NCBI GenBank assembly: GCA_965218435.1
Contig: CBDCKW010000009.1
Span: forward strand, 3,072,001 to 3,136,000
Length of the DNA stretch: 64,000 nucleotides
Direction of reading: 5' to 3'
DNA from: Truepera sp.
GTDB lineage: Bacteria; Deinococcota; Deinococci; Deinococcales; Trueperaceae
This document shows, in pieces, positions 43,777 to 53,632 of this stretch (positions are counted from its first letter, which is position 1; each line of letters begins with the position of its first letter). A program made the position numbers and the translations under genes. The notes under the pieces are model-generated. The model searched no databases. It was not told the DNA's origin and saw only the letters and a list, made by a program, of their open reading frames with translations.

Positions 43777-45867
43777 CTAACGGCGGTTACTGACCCGCGC
43801 CGCCCGCCGCGCTGAGATGTCGAGCAGTTTCTCTTGTTCGTTGAGTTTATGCTGCCCCGCTTTACGCCGAACGTAGGTGTACGAACCGTCTGCGTGAAGT
43901 TCCCTCGCCTTGTCGTTGTCTTTCAAGCACAGGTCTAAAACCTGAAAGACTTTTTTCTTGACGGCGCGGTCTTCAACGGGAAACACCACCTCGACACGCC
44001 GGGTCAGGTTGCGCTGCATCCAGTCGGCTGAACCCAAATAGAGGTCTTCTGCGCCGCCGTTAAGGAAAAAGAAGGCCCTCGAGTGTTCCAGAAACCGTCC
44101 GACGATGCTCCGTACCCGGATGTTGTCACTGACTTCCGGGACGCCGGGGCGTAAACAGCAGATGCCGCGTACGATCAGGTCAATCTGCACCCCGGCCCGT
44201 GAAGCCCGGTAGAGCGCCCGAATGACCCGTGGGTCAACGAGCGCGTTCATCTTGGCGATAATTCGGGCTTCACGGCCTTCAAGCGCGTGCGCTTCTTCAC
44301 GTTCAATTGCCCGCATCAGCTCGTCGCGGAGCGTTTCAGGTGCAATCCAAAGTTTGCGCCACGATTTTTGCTTGGAAAAGCCGGTGAGGTAGTTGAACAG
44401 TTCGGACAAATCTGCGCCCAAATCGGCGTCACACGAGAGCATCCCGAAATCGGTATAGATGGTGCTCGTGGTGCGGTTGTAATTGCCCGTAGCTAGGTGG
44501 ACGTAGCGGCGGATGTCTTTGCCCTCACGCCGGACGATGAGCAGCGTTTTACAGTGCGTTTTAAGGCCCGCAAAGCCGTAGACGACGTGAACCCCGGCGC
44601 GCTCGAGCTCTCTGGCCCAGACGATGTTGTTCTCCTCGTCAAAGCGGGCTTTAAGTTCAACCAGCGCGGTCACCAGCTTGCCGTTGCCCGCCGCCCGCGC
44701 CAACGCCGCCACCACCGGCGAGTTGCCCCCGACACGGTAGAGCGTTTGTTTGATGGCGAGGACATTCGGGTCGTCGGCGGCTTGCTCGATGAGGTTAAGC
44801 ACTGCGTCAAACGAGTGAAACGGGTTGTGAATCAGCACGTCTTGCTGCCGAATGACGCCGAACACGTCCGACATACCGATAAATTCGGTGGGCAACCGGG
44901 TGTCAAAGGGTGGATACCGCAGCTCAGGCACATTGAGCAGTGCCAACTCCATAAAGTCGCCGACGTTTAAGTGGTCATCAATCCGGTAGACGTCACTTTG
45001 GGAGAGTTGCAAAGTTTTACGCAAAAAGTCGGACCACGCAGCGGGCATCTCAGCGGTAACCTCGAGCCGCACCGCGTCGCCCCACCGCCTTTTGCGCACC
45101 TCGTCTTCGATCACCCGTAACAGGTCGTCGGCCTCGTCTTCGGCGATCTCGATGTCGGCGTTACGGGTCAGCCTAAAGGCGTGGCTCGAGATCACCTCGT
45201 GGCCGGGAAATAAATCGCTGACTTTGGCGCGGATGATGTCTTCAGATAAGACAAAGCGGAACGTTTTATCCGCGTCGTCCAGGGGCGGCAACCGCAAAAA
45301 GCGGGGTAACACCCCCGGCACCTGCACCACCGCGAGCTTGGTCTCTTCAGAAGAGGCGTCGAACAGCTCTAAGAGAAGTGAAAAGCTCAGGTTGGGTAGC
45401 CGCGGAAACGGGTGGCCCGAATCCACGGCCAAAGGCGTCAAGATAGGAAACAGCTCGCGGTCGAAGTACGCGTCTACCACGGCGCGGTCGGGTTCGCCAA
45501 GTTTGTCAATCGGCAAGAGCGAAACGCCGTGACGCTCCAAGGCGGGGAGCACAGCGTCACGTAAAACCCGGCGGTGCCGCGCAATCAGCGGATGCAGCTC
45601 TTCAGACAGGTCATCAAGCTGCTCGGCAGGAGTGAGACCGTCGAAGCTGCGCCGGACAATGCCCGCCGCCAGCTGCTCTTTAAGACCTGCGTAACGGATC
45701 ATCATAAACTCGTCTAAGTTGGTGCTAAAAATCGCCAAAAACTTGAGCCGCTCTAAGGGAGGATTCTCGCTGTCTTCAGCCTCTTCTAAAACGCGCTCGT
45801 TAAAACGGAGCCACGACGTTTCACGGTTAAAGTAAAATTGCGGATCGTGCAGGTCAGGCTCGGACAT
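43777..45867 (-). CDS. ppk1: Polyphosphate kinase 1
   Basis: FNRETSWLRFNERVL, IKQTLYR, ELKARFDEENN, KTHCK, GRFLEHSR. Confidence 0.97.
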   Translation of the reverse strand: MSEPDLHDPQFYFNRETSWLRFNERVLEEAEDSENPPLERLKFLAIFSTNLDEFMMIRYAGLKEQLAAGIVRRSFDGLTPAEQLDDLSEELHPLIARHRRVLRDAVLPALERHGVSLLPIDKLGEPDRAVVDAYFDRELFPILTPLAVDSGHPFPRLPNLSFSLLLELFDASSEETKLAVVQVPGVLPRFLRLPPLDDADKTFRFVLSEDIIRAKVSDLFPGHEVISSHAFRLTRNADIEIAEDEADDLLRVIEDEVRKRRWGDAVRLEVTAEMPAAWSDFLRKTLQLSQSDVYRIDDHLNVGDFMELALLNVPELRYPPFDTRLPTEFIGMSDVFGVIRQQDVLIHNPFHSFDAVLNLIEQAADDPNVLAIKQTLYRVGGNSPVVAALARAAGNGKLVTALVELKARFDEENNIVWARELERAGVHVVYGFAGLKTHCKTLLIVRREGKDIRRYVHLATGNYNRTTSTIYTDFGMLSCDADLGADLSELFNYLTGFSKQKSWRKLWIAPETLRDELMRAIEREEAHALEGREARIIAKMNALVDPRVIRALYRASRAGVQIDLIVRGICCLRPGVPEVSDNIRVRSIVGRFLEHSRAFFFLNGGAEDLYLGSADWMQRNLTRRVEVVFPVEDRAVKKKVFQVLDLCLKDNDKARELHADGSYTYVRRKAGQHKLNEQEKLLDISARRAARVSNRR

Positions 45868-46033
45868 AGAGAGCAGCGTAACAAATCTGATTCAGTGACT
45901 GACGATTTTGTCGTAAATGACGCGCTGTTCTTGCTCCGAAGTCGTCAGAATTCAGAAGGCAAAATCAGGAGACAGAACACAGCATAGAGATGGTGTCTGT
46001 CAACACAAGCTGACAAGTCAATCTTGAGCTAAA

Positions 46034-46459
46034 TCAGGCAGTCTCGAGTTTGGGAGCTTCTAAGACCACCTCAAAAGAAATCTCAGCTTTGAGGCTTGCC
46101 GCCACCGAGCAATATTTATTCATCCCCAAATCCACAAAACGCTCGGCAGTCTTTTGGTCTAAACCGGGAACGTTAAAAATGTGCTTGGCGTGGATGTGCG
46201 TGTAGTAAGCGGGCGTCCCCTCGGCACGTTCGCCGGAAAGCTCGATACGGTAGCCCTGCACGTTCAGGCGGCGTTTGCCGAGCATCTCCACAATGTCGTA
46301 AGCGGCGCACGCACCGACGGCGTTTAAGAGGAGTTCCATCGGGCGCATCCCGGTTTGCGCTTGACTTTCACCGTCGATCATCACGCGCTGCCCCTCGGGG
46401 GTAACGCCGACGAAGCGTTTACCGACGAGGTGATGCACGGTCGTCGTTTTAGTTGACAT
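46034..46459 (-). CDS. OsmC/YhfA family protein
   Basis: GMRPMELLLNAVGAC..KYCSVAASL. Confidence 0.9.
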   Translation of the reverse strand: MSTKTTTVHHLVGKRFVGVTPEGQRVMIDGESQAQTGMRPMELLLNAVGACAAYDIVEMLGKRRLNVQGYRIELSGERAEGTPAYYTHIHAKHIFNVPGLDQKTAERFVDLGMNKYCSVAASLKAEISFEVVLEAPKLETA

Positions 46460-46526
46460 GCTTTTAAGTATGAGGCACGTCTAAAGTAATGGTGTCAGAT
46501 ATAAAACATAGCTTTACACTCGAGCG

Positions 46527-47093
46527 GTGATGAAGCAAGCTAAGGCGAACTGGACTAAACCTGAGTGGCGACGCTGGGCCAAGGAAACGCGGGCGCAGTT
46601 GGACACTCCAGTTTTGAGTAAAGGAGTTGTGGCGCAGCTAGGGCTCTGGTCTCCCTTTAGAGAAGCTGAACATGTCTTGATTTATTTAGCTTTTGGAACC
46701 GAACCAAACTTAGCCGCACTCCTTGGCAAAAATCCTGATAAGCAATTTTACGCAACTCGGACGCATAAGGACTATACGCTTACGGTGCATAAGCTTACGG
46801 GTGAACTCGAGCGTCACCCTTACGGTTTCTTTCAACCTGTTGCGACCAGTCCAGCGGTTGAGCTAGAAAGGCTCGAGCTGCTCCTCATTCCCGGCCTCGC
46901 GTTTGACACTTCCGGCACCCGTTTGGGCTACGGCAGAGGTTTCTACGACCGCTTGTCAGCCCAGATAAGCGGCGTTCCCATTGTCGGCGTTGCACCGTCT
47001 ACACTTATTGTCCCAACCTTACCCAGCGAACCGCACGACGTTAAGATGACGCACTTGGTCAGCGAGAGGGGAGTGCTCGAGGTCAGGCAGTAA
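46527..47093 (+). CDS. 5-formyltetrahydrofolate cyclo-ligase
   Basis: IPGLAFD..GTRLGYGRGFYDR, EPHD. Confidence 0.93.
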   Translation: MMKQAKANWTKPEWRRWAKETRAQLDTPVLSKGVVAQLGLWSPFREAEHVLIYLAFGTEPNLAALLGKNPDKQFYATRTHKDYTLTVHKLTGELERHPYGFFQPVATSPAVELERLELLLIPGLAFDTSGTRLGYGRGFYDRLSAQISGVPIVGVAPSTLIVPTLPSEPHDVKMTHLVSERGVLEVRQ

Positions 47094-47097
47094 GAAG

Positions 47098-47505
47098 TTA
47101 CTCGTGGCTGAGCTCGAGGTAAGGCTGTAGCCGAGCCCGAATATCGTCTGAGATCGGCACCGGCTTTTGTGAGCTGTAGTCGAACATCACGACGACTGAA
47201 CGCGACCGCGCCGCCAATTCACCATTGCTATAAATCTCTTGCGCCAACGTTACGCTCGTTCGGCCTATTTTGGCAATCCGGGTCAGGACGTAAACGGTAT
47301 CTCGAAAGCGTACCTGCTGCAAAAAATCGAGCGAGATATGCGCCAAAATGAGGTAGATACCTTCGCCGCGAAACTGGTCCAAAAAATCCACTCGGCCCTG
47401 TTCCGAGTAGAGCGCATATGAAGTGTTATTCAGATGGCCTAAAGCGTCGGTGTCGTTAAAACGCACCTGAATATCGGTGTGGTGGACTTTTTGAAAGTCT
47501 TGCAT
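47098..47505 (-). CDS. Acyl-CoA thioesterase (4HBT/YbgC-like)
   Basis: VRFNDTDALGHLNNTSY. Confidence 0.92.
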   Translation of the reverse strand: MQDFQKVHHTDIQVRFNDTDALGHLNNTSYALYSEQGRVDFLDQFRGEGIYLILAHISLDFLQQVRFRDTVYVLTRIAKIGRTSVTLAQEIYSNGELAARSRSVVVMFDYSSQKPVPISDDIRARLQPYLELSHE

Positions 47506-47514
47506 AGGCTCAGC

Positions 47515-48366
47515 TTACCGGGCTTCGGCAAAATGGGCGGCTCGAGGTGAACGCGGCACCTTTTGACAGTGCGGGCAAAAGTGCGTCCCCCGTCCGGCCA
47601 CAACGATTTTAGAGATCGGCCGACCGCAACGCGGACAGGGCGCGTCTAGGCGGCCGTAAACCTGAAGCTGCGCGGCGTAGCCGCCGACCTCACCGTTGAC
47701 GGTGCGGTAATCCTGCAACGTCGTCCCCTTAAAGGTCAGGCTGGCCGTCAAGACCTCACGAACCGCGCCCGCAAGCGCGTAGGCTTTGGCTTTAGAGACG
47801 CTGCGGGCGGGCGTGAGCGGATGAATCCGCGCCCGCCAGAGCGCCTCGTCTGCGTAGATATTGCCGACGCCCGACACCGGGCGCTGGGAGAGCAAGTAAG
47901 GTTTGATGGGCGTACTCGAGGCTTGCAATACACGGTAAAAACCCGCGTTCGTAAAGGCCGCCTCTAAAGGTTCCGGCCCCATCTTGTAGAGCGTGGGCAG
48001 CGTTTCGTAGCGTCCTGAAGGGACGACCAAAAACCGTCCGAAACGGCGCACGTCTTGAAAATAAAGGGCCGGGTTGGGGCCGGGAGAAAGTTTTAACTTG
48101 ACCCGCGTATGTTTGGCAAACGGTTGTGGGCTGACGATGCCGGTCATGCCTAAGTGAATCACTAGATCGTCGCCCGCAGAGAGCGGCAAGAGCAAAAACT
48201 TCCCGCGCCGCTCGACCGCTAAGATTGTTTGACCTACCGCCCGCCCCAAATCCGCGTACTTCGGCCCCGGCTCCGCTTGGGCGAGTTCGGCGCTTACGAT
48301 AATCCGGCCCGTGAGCCAGGGCCCTAGTTCACGCCGGACGGTCTCGACTTCAGGCAGTTCGGGGAT
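47515..48366 (-). CDS. mutM: Formamidopyrimidine-DNA glycosylase; apparent ATC start codon
   Basis: ATC-PELPEVETVRR N-terminus, RRGKFL, HLGMTG, GVGNIYADE, C-terminal zinc finger. Confidence 0.93.
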   Translation of the reverse strand: MPELPEVETVRRELGPWLTGRIIVSAELAQAEPGPKYADLGRAVGQTILAVERRGKFLLLPLSAGDDLVIHLGMTGIVSPQPFAKHTRVKLKLSPGPNPALYFQDVRRFGRFLVVPSGRYETLPTLYKMGPEPLEAAFTNAGFYRVLQASSTPIKPYLLSQRPVSGVGNIYADEALWRARIHPLTPARSVSKAKAYALAGAVREVLTASLTFKGTTLQDYRTVNGEVGGYAAQLQVYGRLDAPCPRCGRPISKIVVAGRGTHFCPHCQKVPRSPRAAHFAEAR

Positions 48367-49051
48367 ACTGAATCAGCCCTTCGTAAAGCGCCTTACCGAC
48401 GACTGCGCCGTCAAGCTCCAAACTTTCGTAAAGCTCCAGGTCTCTATCGCTGGCGACGCCGCCCCCTGCCACGAGCGTATGCGGACACGCCGCACGCATC
48501 AAGCTGACGGGTTCAGGGTCTACGCCTAAAAGCGTTCCGTCGCGGGCGATGTCGGTATAGATAATGTGTGTGACGCCCTGTTTAGACACGCGCCGCGCGA
48601 GTTCGCGGGCAGCGACGGTGCTCGTCTCCGTCCAACCGCGTACTGCCACCAGACCGTCTCTGGCGTCAATCGACACGGCGATACGGTGCGCGTCGTAACG
48701 CGACAAAAGTGTGTCCAGCAGCTCCGGTTGCGTAATGGCGGCAGTGCCGATGATGACGCGTTCAACACTTTCTAACAGGCGTTCGGCGGTTTCTACGTCG
48801 CGGACGCCGCCACCGACCTCGAGCTTGCAGTCTAGCGACCCCGCCAGTTTGCTGATGATGTCTTGATTGTCGCCGTGACCAAACGCGGCGTCTAAGTCAA
48901 CGAGGTGAAGCCACGGTGCGCCTTTATCGGCCCAGAGTTTGGCGGCCTCGAGCGGGTCGTCAAAGTAGACCGTTTCATCTTCCGAGCGGCCCGCTAACAA
49001 CCTGACCGCTTTGCCGCGCTGAATATCAACTGCCGGAATCACTTCAAACAT
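48350..49051 (-). CDS. hisA: ProFAR isomerase
   Basis: VIPAVDI, HLVDLDAA, VGGGVR, YTDIARDGTL; leaderless TATACT-6nt-ATG. Confidence 0.95.
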   Translation of the reverse strand: MFEVIPAVDIQRGKAVRLLAGRSEDETVYFDDPLEAAKLWADKGAPWLHLVDLDAAFGHGDNQDIISKLAGSLDCKLEVGGGVRDVETAERLLESVERVIIGTAAITQPELLDTLLSRYDAHRIAVSIDARDGLVAVRGWTETSTVAARELARRVSKQGVTHIIYTDIARDGTLLGVDPEPVSLMRAACPHTLVAGGGVASDRDLELYESLELDGAVVGKALYEGLIQYPRTA

Positions 49052-49170
49052 AGCGCGAGTATAGCGTGCGCTCGGGCACATGAACGGTGGGGTAAGGCAG
49101 CGTTGGGCCGTTATGCCGCGTAGTGTGCTTGGAAAAAAGGCGGGCTCAAGCCGACCCAGTAAACTGGAGC

Positions 49171-49785
49171 ATGTATATCCCCGGCTATACCAAACACGAA
49201 GACAAAGCCGACTTACTAAAACTCATGCAGGCGTATCCGTTTGCCACGCTCGTAACCGCACCGGGAGGGCGACCTTTTGCAACGCACCTGCCATTGATGA
49301 CCGAGAAACAGGGCGACACCTTCGTTTTACTCTCTCACATGGCCCGCGCCAACCCGCAGTGGCGACATTTTGACGAGGGCGAAACCCTGGCGATTTTTCA
49401 CGGTCCGCACGCCCTGGTAAACTCTGTCCTTTACGGCAGCAGCCCGAACGTCCCAACGTGGAACTACGCTGTCGTTCACGCTTACGGCCAAGCTAGGGTA
49501 ATTACAGGGGAACGTGAGCGGGAAATTGCGTATAAACTTGTGGCCGAGCATACGCCCGAGATGGAGCCGATTCCGGCAGATTTTGAGCGGCGGCTGATGG
49601 CAGCGGTCGTCACGTTTGAGTTGCGGGTGAGCAGGCTCGAGGGCAAGTTCAAGCTCAGCCAGAACAAGGGGGCTCGAGACCGTCTGAACGTTATCAAGGG
49701 GTTGAGCCAAAGCGAACGCGAAGAAGAACGTGCGACGGCGGAGTTGATGCGGGGGCTCGAGGCGCGTAAGGAACAAAATGAGTAG
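49171..49785 (+). CDS. paiB: FMN-binding PaiB-family protein
   Basis: MYIP..PFATLV..HMARANPQW..VPTWNY..KFKLSQNK. Confidence 0.9.
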   Translation: MYIPGYTKHEDKADLLKLMQAYPFATLVTAPGGRPFATHLPLMTEKQGDTFVLLSHMARANPQWRHFDEGETLAIFHGPHALVNSVLYGSSPNVPTWNYAVVHAYGQARVITGEREREIAYKLVAEHTPEMEPIPADFERRLMAAVVTFELRVSRLEGKFKLSQNKGARDRLNVIKGLSQSEREEERATAELMRGLEARKEQNE

Positions 49786-49796
49786 AAGGCTTTTTT

Positions 49797-50537
49797 CTAC
49801 GCGGTCAGTACTAGAGGTTTGCCCTTAGTGATTACGACCGTATGCTCATAATGTGCGGTGAGATTGCCCTCACGCATTCCTATTGTCCAACCGTCGGCCC
49901 GCGTCGTTATCTTGCCTGAGCGGAGAGAAACCATCGGCTCGACGGCTAAAACCAGACCCTCAGTTAAGCGTGCGCGGTCATTGGGACGATAAAAGTTCAA
50001 AACTTCAGGGGTTTCGTGAACAGCCCGCCCCACCCCGTGACCGGCTAGCTCACGAATAACGTGAAGACCACGCTGTCTGACTTTGCGCTCGACTGCCCGT
50101 CCGATGCTGCTAAGCGGCTGGCCTGCCCTGGCAACCTGCATGGCGGCCCAAAATGCGTCTTCGGCGCAGGTAACCAAACGCTGAGAAGTTTTGGCAGTGG
50201 ATGACACGACTACAGTAAGTGCAGCGTCAGCAACAAAACCGTTTAGCTTTGGCGTGACATCTAGCTTAACCAAGTCACCAGGTTTAAGCGGCCGAGTTGT
50301 CGGCAAGCCGTGAACAACATCTTCGTTGACCGAGACAAAAGCGTGAACAGGTGCGCCGTACTCCAAGTAGGGTGCAGAAACCGCACCGTAACGGGCGAAT
50401 ACGGCACCACAAATATCATTAAGCTCAACCGGAGTAATACCGGGCGCAATTTCAGCTTTCATCGCAGCGAGCGCCTCAGCGACGACAGCGCCTACCTGCT
50501 TCATACCTTCGAGTTCGTCTTCGGAGTTGATAGACAT
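49797..50537 (-). CDS. map: Type I methionine aminopeptidase
   Basis: SVNEDVVHGLP, KLDV, GHGVG..HE, AVEPM, AHYEHT. Confidence 0.95.
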   Translation of the reverse strand: MSINSEDELEGMKQVGAVVAEALAAMKAEIAPGITPVELNDICGAVFARYGAVSAPYLEYGAPVHAFVSVNEDVVHGLPTTRPLKPGDLVKLDVTPKLNGFVADAALTVVVSSTAKTSQRLVTCAEDAFWAAMQVARAGQPLSSIGRAVERKVRQRGLHVIRELAGHGVGRAVHETPEVLNFYRPNDRARLTEGLVLAVEPMVSLRSGKITTRADGWTIGMREGNLTAHYEHTVVITKGKPLVLTA

Positions 50538-50592
50538 AAATCATGATAGCGCAGGCGCGAGGCTGCGCCGCCTACCCCCCAGTAACATTACT

Positions 50593-50982
50593 TCATTGTG
50601 TTTTAAGGATGCCTCGTTCTCTAAAAACTTCCTTTGCTACCGCAATGCCGTTGACTGCGGCCGGAAATCCGGCGTAAACCGCCATCTGAATGATGATTTC
50701 GACTACTTCCTGTGGCTTGCACCCGACGTTGAGCGCCCCGTGAATATGTACGGCGAGTTGAGGACTACAGTTTCCCAAAGCCGTCAGTGCTGCAACCGTA
50801 GCGACTTCGCGGCTTTTGAGGTCAAGCCCCTCGCGTGTGTAAATATCGCCGAAAGTAAACTCGATGGTAAAACGCGCAAGCTCAGGTGCGATTTCTTGCA
50901 ATGATTCGATGACCCTGACTCCGGCTTCACCATCGATTTCTTTAAGCTTTGCTAGACCGATTTCGTATCTGCTATGCATCAT
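50593..50982 (-). CDS. Carboxymuconolactone decarboxylase family protein
   Basis: FGDIYTREGLDLKSREVATVAAL..YAGFPAA. Confidence 0.92.
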   Translation of the reverse strand: MMHSRYEIGLAKLKEIDGEAGVRVIESLQEIAPELARFTIEFTFGDIYTREGLDLKSREVATVAALTALGNCSPQLAVHIHGALNVGCKPQEVVEIIIQMAVYAGFPAAVNGIAVAKEVFRERGILKTQ

Positions 50983-51008
50983 TTACTCCTCCAGTAAGGC
51001 ATAGCTAA

Positions 51009-51039
51009 ACCCTAAACCTTTGAGTCAACTCAAAGTCAA
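51009..51039 (-). promoter_or_regulatory. MerR-type promoter with dyad operator
   Basis: TTGACT-19-TAGGGT with palindrome CTTTGAGT-ca-ACTCAAAG (51018-51035) in the spacer. Confidence 0.85.
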
Positions 51040-51395
51040 GCTTCTTGCAAAAACGCCTCTTCGTATCCGCTTATCTTCTGTCTAAGCTTTGCTAGGTGAA
51101 CTTGCATCGTCGCTACATCTTGCTCGAGCTTTGCCGCGTGGACTTCGAGAAGTTGTTTTCTCTCAGCTGTGGTAGACGGGCCTTGTGCTCTTAATTGGGC
51201 GTAGCGTTTAATCTGTTCAAGCGGCATTTTGGTATCTTTGAGACGCTTGATAAACTCGGCCCAAGCAACATCCTCCTGGCTAAACACACGATGACCGTTA
51301 GGGTTGCGCGCCACCTCGAGAAGTCCCAACCTGTCATAATAACGGATGGTGTGTGGGCCTAATCCGGTTGCTTTGGAATACGCTTGAACGTTCAT
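51036..51395 (-). CDS. MerR-family regulator (AdhR-like)
   Basis: TIRYYDRLGLL..RNPNGHRVF..IKRLKDTKMPLEQIK. Confidence 0.93.
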   Translation of the reverse strand: MNVQAYSKATGLGPHTIRYYDRLGLLEVARNPNGHRVFSQEDVAWAEFIKRLKDTKMPLEQIKRYAQLRAQGPSTTAERKQLLEVHAAKLEQDVATMQVHLAKLRQKISGYEEAFLQEA

Positions 51396-51429
51396 AGCGA
51401 TATCTTAAAACAGATAATTTTCTACAACG

Positions 51430-51463
51430 AAAAAGCGTGTGCTTGACCTGAACACACGCTTTA
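51430..51463 (-). terminator. Terminator after acs
   Basis: aaagcgtgtg/cacacgcttt stem with a T-run on the minus strand. Confidence 0.75.
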
Positions 51464-51484
51464 ACTGCTTAAAAAGCTCGAGCC

Positions 51485-53437
51485 TTACTTACCCGCCCCC
51501 GGCTGCATCAACTTCTCCACCACACTCTTATCTTCCAACGTGCTGATGTCCCCCGCCGCCTCTTCCCCGGCGGCAATGTTCCGCAGCAGCCGCCGCATAA
51601 TCTTCCCACTCCGGGTTTTGGGCAGGGCGTCGGCAAAACGGATGTCGTCGGGCCGAGCAATCGCGCCGATCTCTTTGGCGACGTGTTGGCGCAGCTCGGT
51701 TAAAAGCTCATCTGAACCCTGACGGTTGCCCTCTAAGGTCACAAACGCGACGATGCTCTGCCCTTTCACCTCGTCGGGCCGCCCCACGACTGCCGCTTCA
51801 GCGACTGCCGGATGAGAAACGAGCGCCGACTCGACCTCCGCCGTGCCTAAGCGGTGCCCCGACACATTCACCACATCGTCTACCCGGCCCATAATCCAAA
51901 AGTAGCCGTCTCCATCTTGACGCGCCCCGTCGCCCGCAAAGTACACGTGCGGAATCTCCGTCCAGTACTGCGCCCGGTAGCGGTCGTCGTCGCCGTAAAC
52001 CGTGCGGAGCATACTCGGCCAGGGCCGTTTGAGGGTTAAAAAGCCGCCGCTCCCGGCCTCTTGCTCGTTACCCTCGACGTCCATGATGGCGGGTTCAACG
52101 CCGAAAAAGGGTTTGCCCGCCGCGCCCGGTTTCATCTCGTGAACGCCCGGCAAGGTCGTCAGCATGACGCCGCCCGTTTCGGTCTGCCACCAGGTATCTA
52201 CGACCGGGCAACGCTCCCCGCCGATGACGCGGTAGTACCACCTCCACGCCTCAGGGTTGATGGGTTCGCCGACTGTCCCGAGTAGCCGCAAAGACGACAG
52301 GTCGTGTTTGTTCGGATGTTCTTCCCCCGCTTTCATAAAGGCGCGGATCGCAGTCGGCGCGTAGTAATAGATGGTGACGCCGTAACGCTCGATCATCTCC
52401 CAGTGGCGGTCGGGCGCGGGGTGGGTCGGGGTGCCTTCGTAGAGGAGTTCGGTCGCGCCGTTTAAGAGTGGGCCGTAAACAACATACGAGTGCCCGGTAA
52501 TCCAACCCACATCGGCGGGACACCAGTAGAGGTCGTCAGGCCCCAAGTCAAACACGTATTTGGTCGTCAGGTAAGCGTAGGTTTGATAGCCGCCGACGGT
52601 GTGCAGCACACCTTTGGGCTTCCCAGTCGAGCCTGACGTATAAAGGATAAAAAGCGGGTCTTCGGCGTCCATGTGTTCGGCGGGGCACTCGGGCGAGGCG
52701 TCCGTCATCAGGTCGTGATACCACGCGTCGCGGCCCTCTTGCATCGTCACATCGTTGTTACCGCGTTGGATGACGATGATGTGCTCTAAACTCGGACATT
52801 TTTCCGCCGCTTCGTCTACCACGGGTTTAAGTGCAAAGACGCTCCCGCGCCGGTAGCCGCCGTCAGCAGTAATCACTAACTTTGCTGAGGCGTCGTTAAT
52901 ACGGTCGGCCAACGCTGAGGCGCTAAAACCGCCGAACACAACGCTGTGTACCGCGCCGATGCGGGCGCACGCGAGCATCGCCACGACCGCTTCGGGGACG
53001 AGCGGCATATAAACGGCGACGACATCACCTTTTTTGACGCCTTGGTCTTTTAAGACGTTCGCAAACTTAGAGACTTCGGTAAGGAGTTCGCGGTAGGTGA
53101 AGGTGCGTTTGTCACCGGGCTCACCTTCCCACAACAAGGCTTGTTTGTCACCGCGACCCTGTTCGATTTGAAAATCCAGACAGTTGTAAGAGATGTTGGT
53201 CTTGCCGCCGACAAACCACTTGACAAACGGCTCGTTCCACTCGGTCACCTGGTTCCAAGGTTTGAACCAGTGAAGTTCGTTCGCCACGTCACCCCAAAAG
53301 GTTTCGGGGTCATCTAACGATTGGCGGTAGAGGCGTTCGTACTCGGCGACGCTGCTTAGCTTGGCGTTTTTCTTAAAGTCGTCGCTTGGGCTTATCGTCC
53401 GCCCTTCTTGCATCATGGACTCGATACGGTCGGTCAC
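51485..53437 (-). CDS. acs: Acetyl-CoA synthetase
   Basis: [33 protein letters not shown]. Confidence 0.96.
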   Translation of the reverse strand: MTDRIESMMQEGRTISPSDDFKKNAKLSSVAEYERLYRQSLDDPETFWGDVANELHWFKPWNQVTEWNEPFVKWFVGGKTNISYNCLDFQIEQGRGDKQALLWEGEPGDKRTFTYRELLTEVSKFANVLKDQGVKKGDVVAVYMPLVPEAVVAMLACARIGAVHSVVFGGFSASALADRINDASAKLVITADGGYRRGSVFALKPVVDEAAEKCPSLEHIIVIQRGNNDVTMQEGRDAWYHDLMTDASPECPAEHMDAEDPLFILYTSGSTGKPKGVLHTVGGYQTYAYLTTKYVFDLGPDDLYWCPADVGWITGHSYVVYGPLLNGATELLYEGTPTHPAPDRHWEMIERYGVTIYYYAPTAIRAFMKAGEEHPNKHDLSSLRLLGTVGEPINPEAWRWYYRVIGGERCPVVDTWWQTETGGVMLTTLPGVHEMKPGAAGKPFFGVEPAIMDVEGNEQEAGSGGFLTLKRPWPSMLRTVYGDDDRYRAQYWTEIPHVYFAGDGARQDGDGYFWIMGRVDDVVNVSGHRLGTAEVESALVSHPAVAEAAVVGRPDEVKGQSIVAFVTLEGNRQGSDELLTELRQHVAKEIGAIARPDDIRFADALPKTRSGKIMRRLLRNIAAGEEAAGDISTLEDKSVVEKLMQPGAGK

Positions 53438-53559
53438 GGCTCCTCCTCAGGTAGACCTAATAAGGCTGTAATTCCCTAGCTATCTTAGCAAGCGTACGCG
53501 GCCATGAGGCTATAACCACGCGCACGATGTTCCAGAGGCCCTTATCCGGGAGGTTACGC

Positions 53560-53588
53560 TTGACGACACCTGTGCAGCACGATAAGCT
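53560..53588 (+). promoter_or_regulatory. Promoter of the second acs-permease operon
   Basis: TTGACG-17-TAAGCT. Confidence 0.6.
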
Positions 53589-53632
53589 GCGGTCACAAAC
53601 GTACGACGGTATACAAATGGGCGAAAGGCTGG

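Noticed and set aside
46460..46526. 6S RNA upstream of the 5-formyl-THF cyclo-ligase gene
   Set aside because: The gap is only about 67 bp and is occupied by divergent leaderless promoters.
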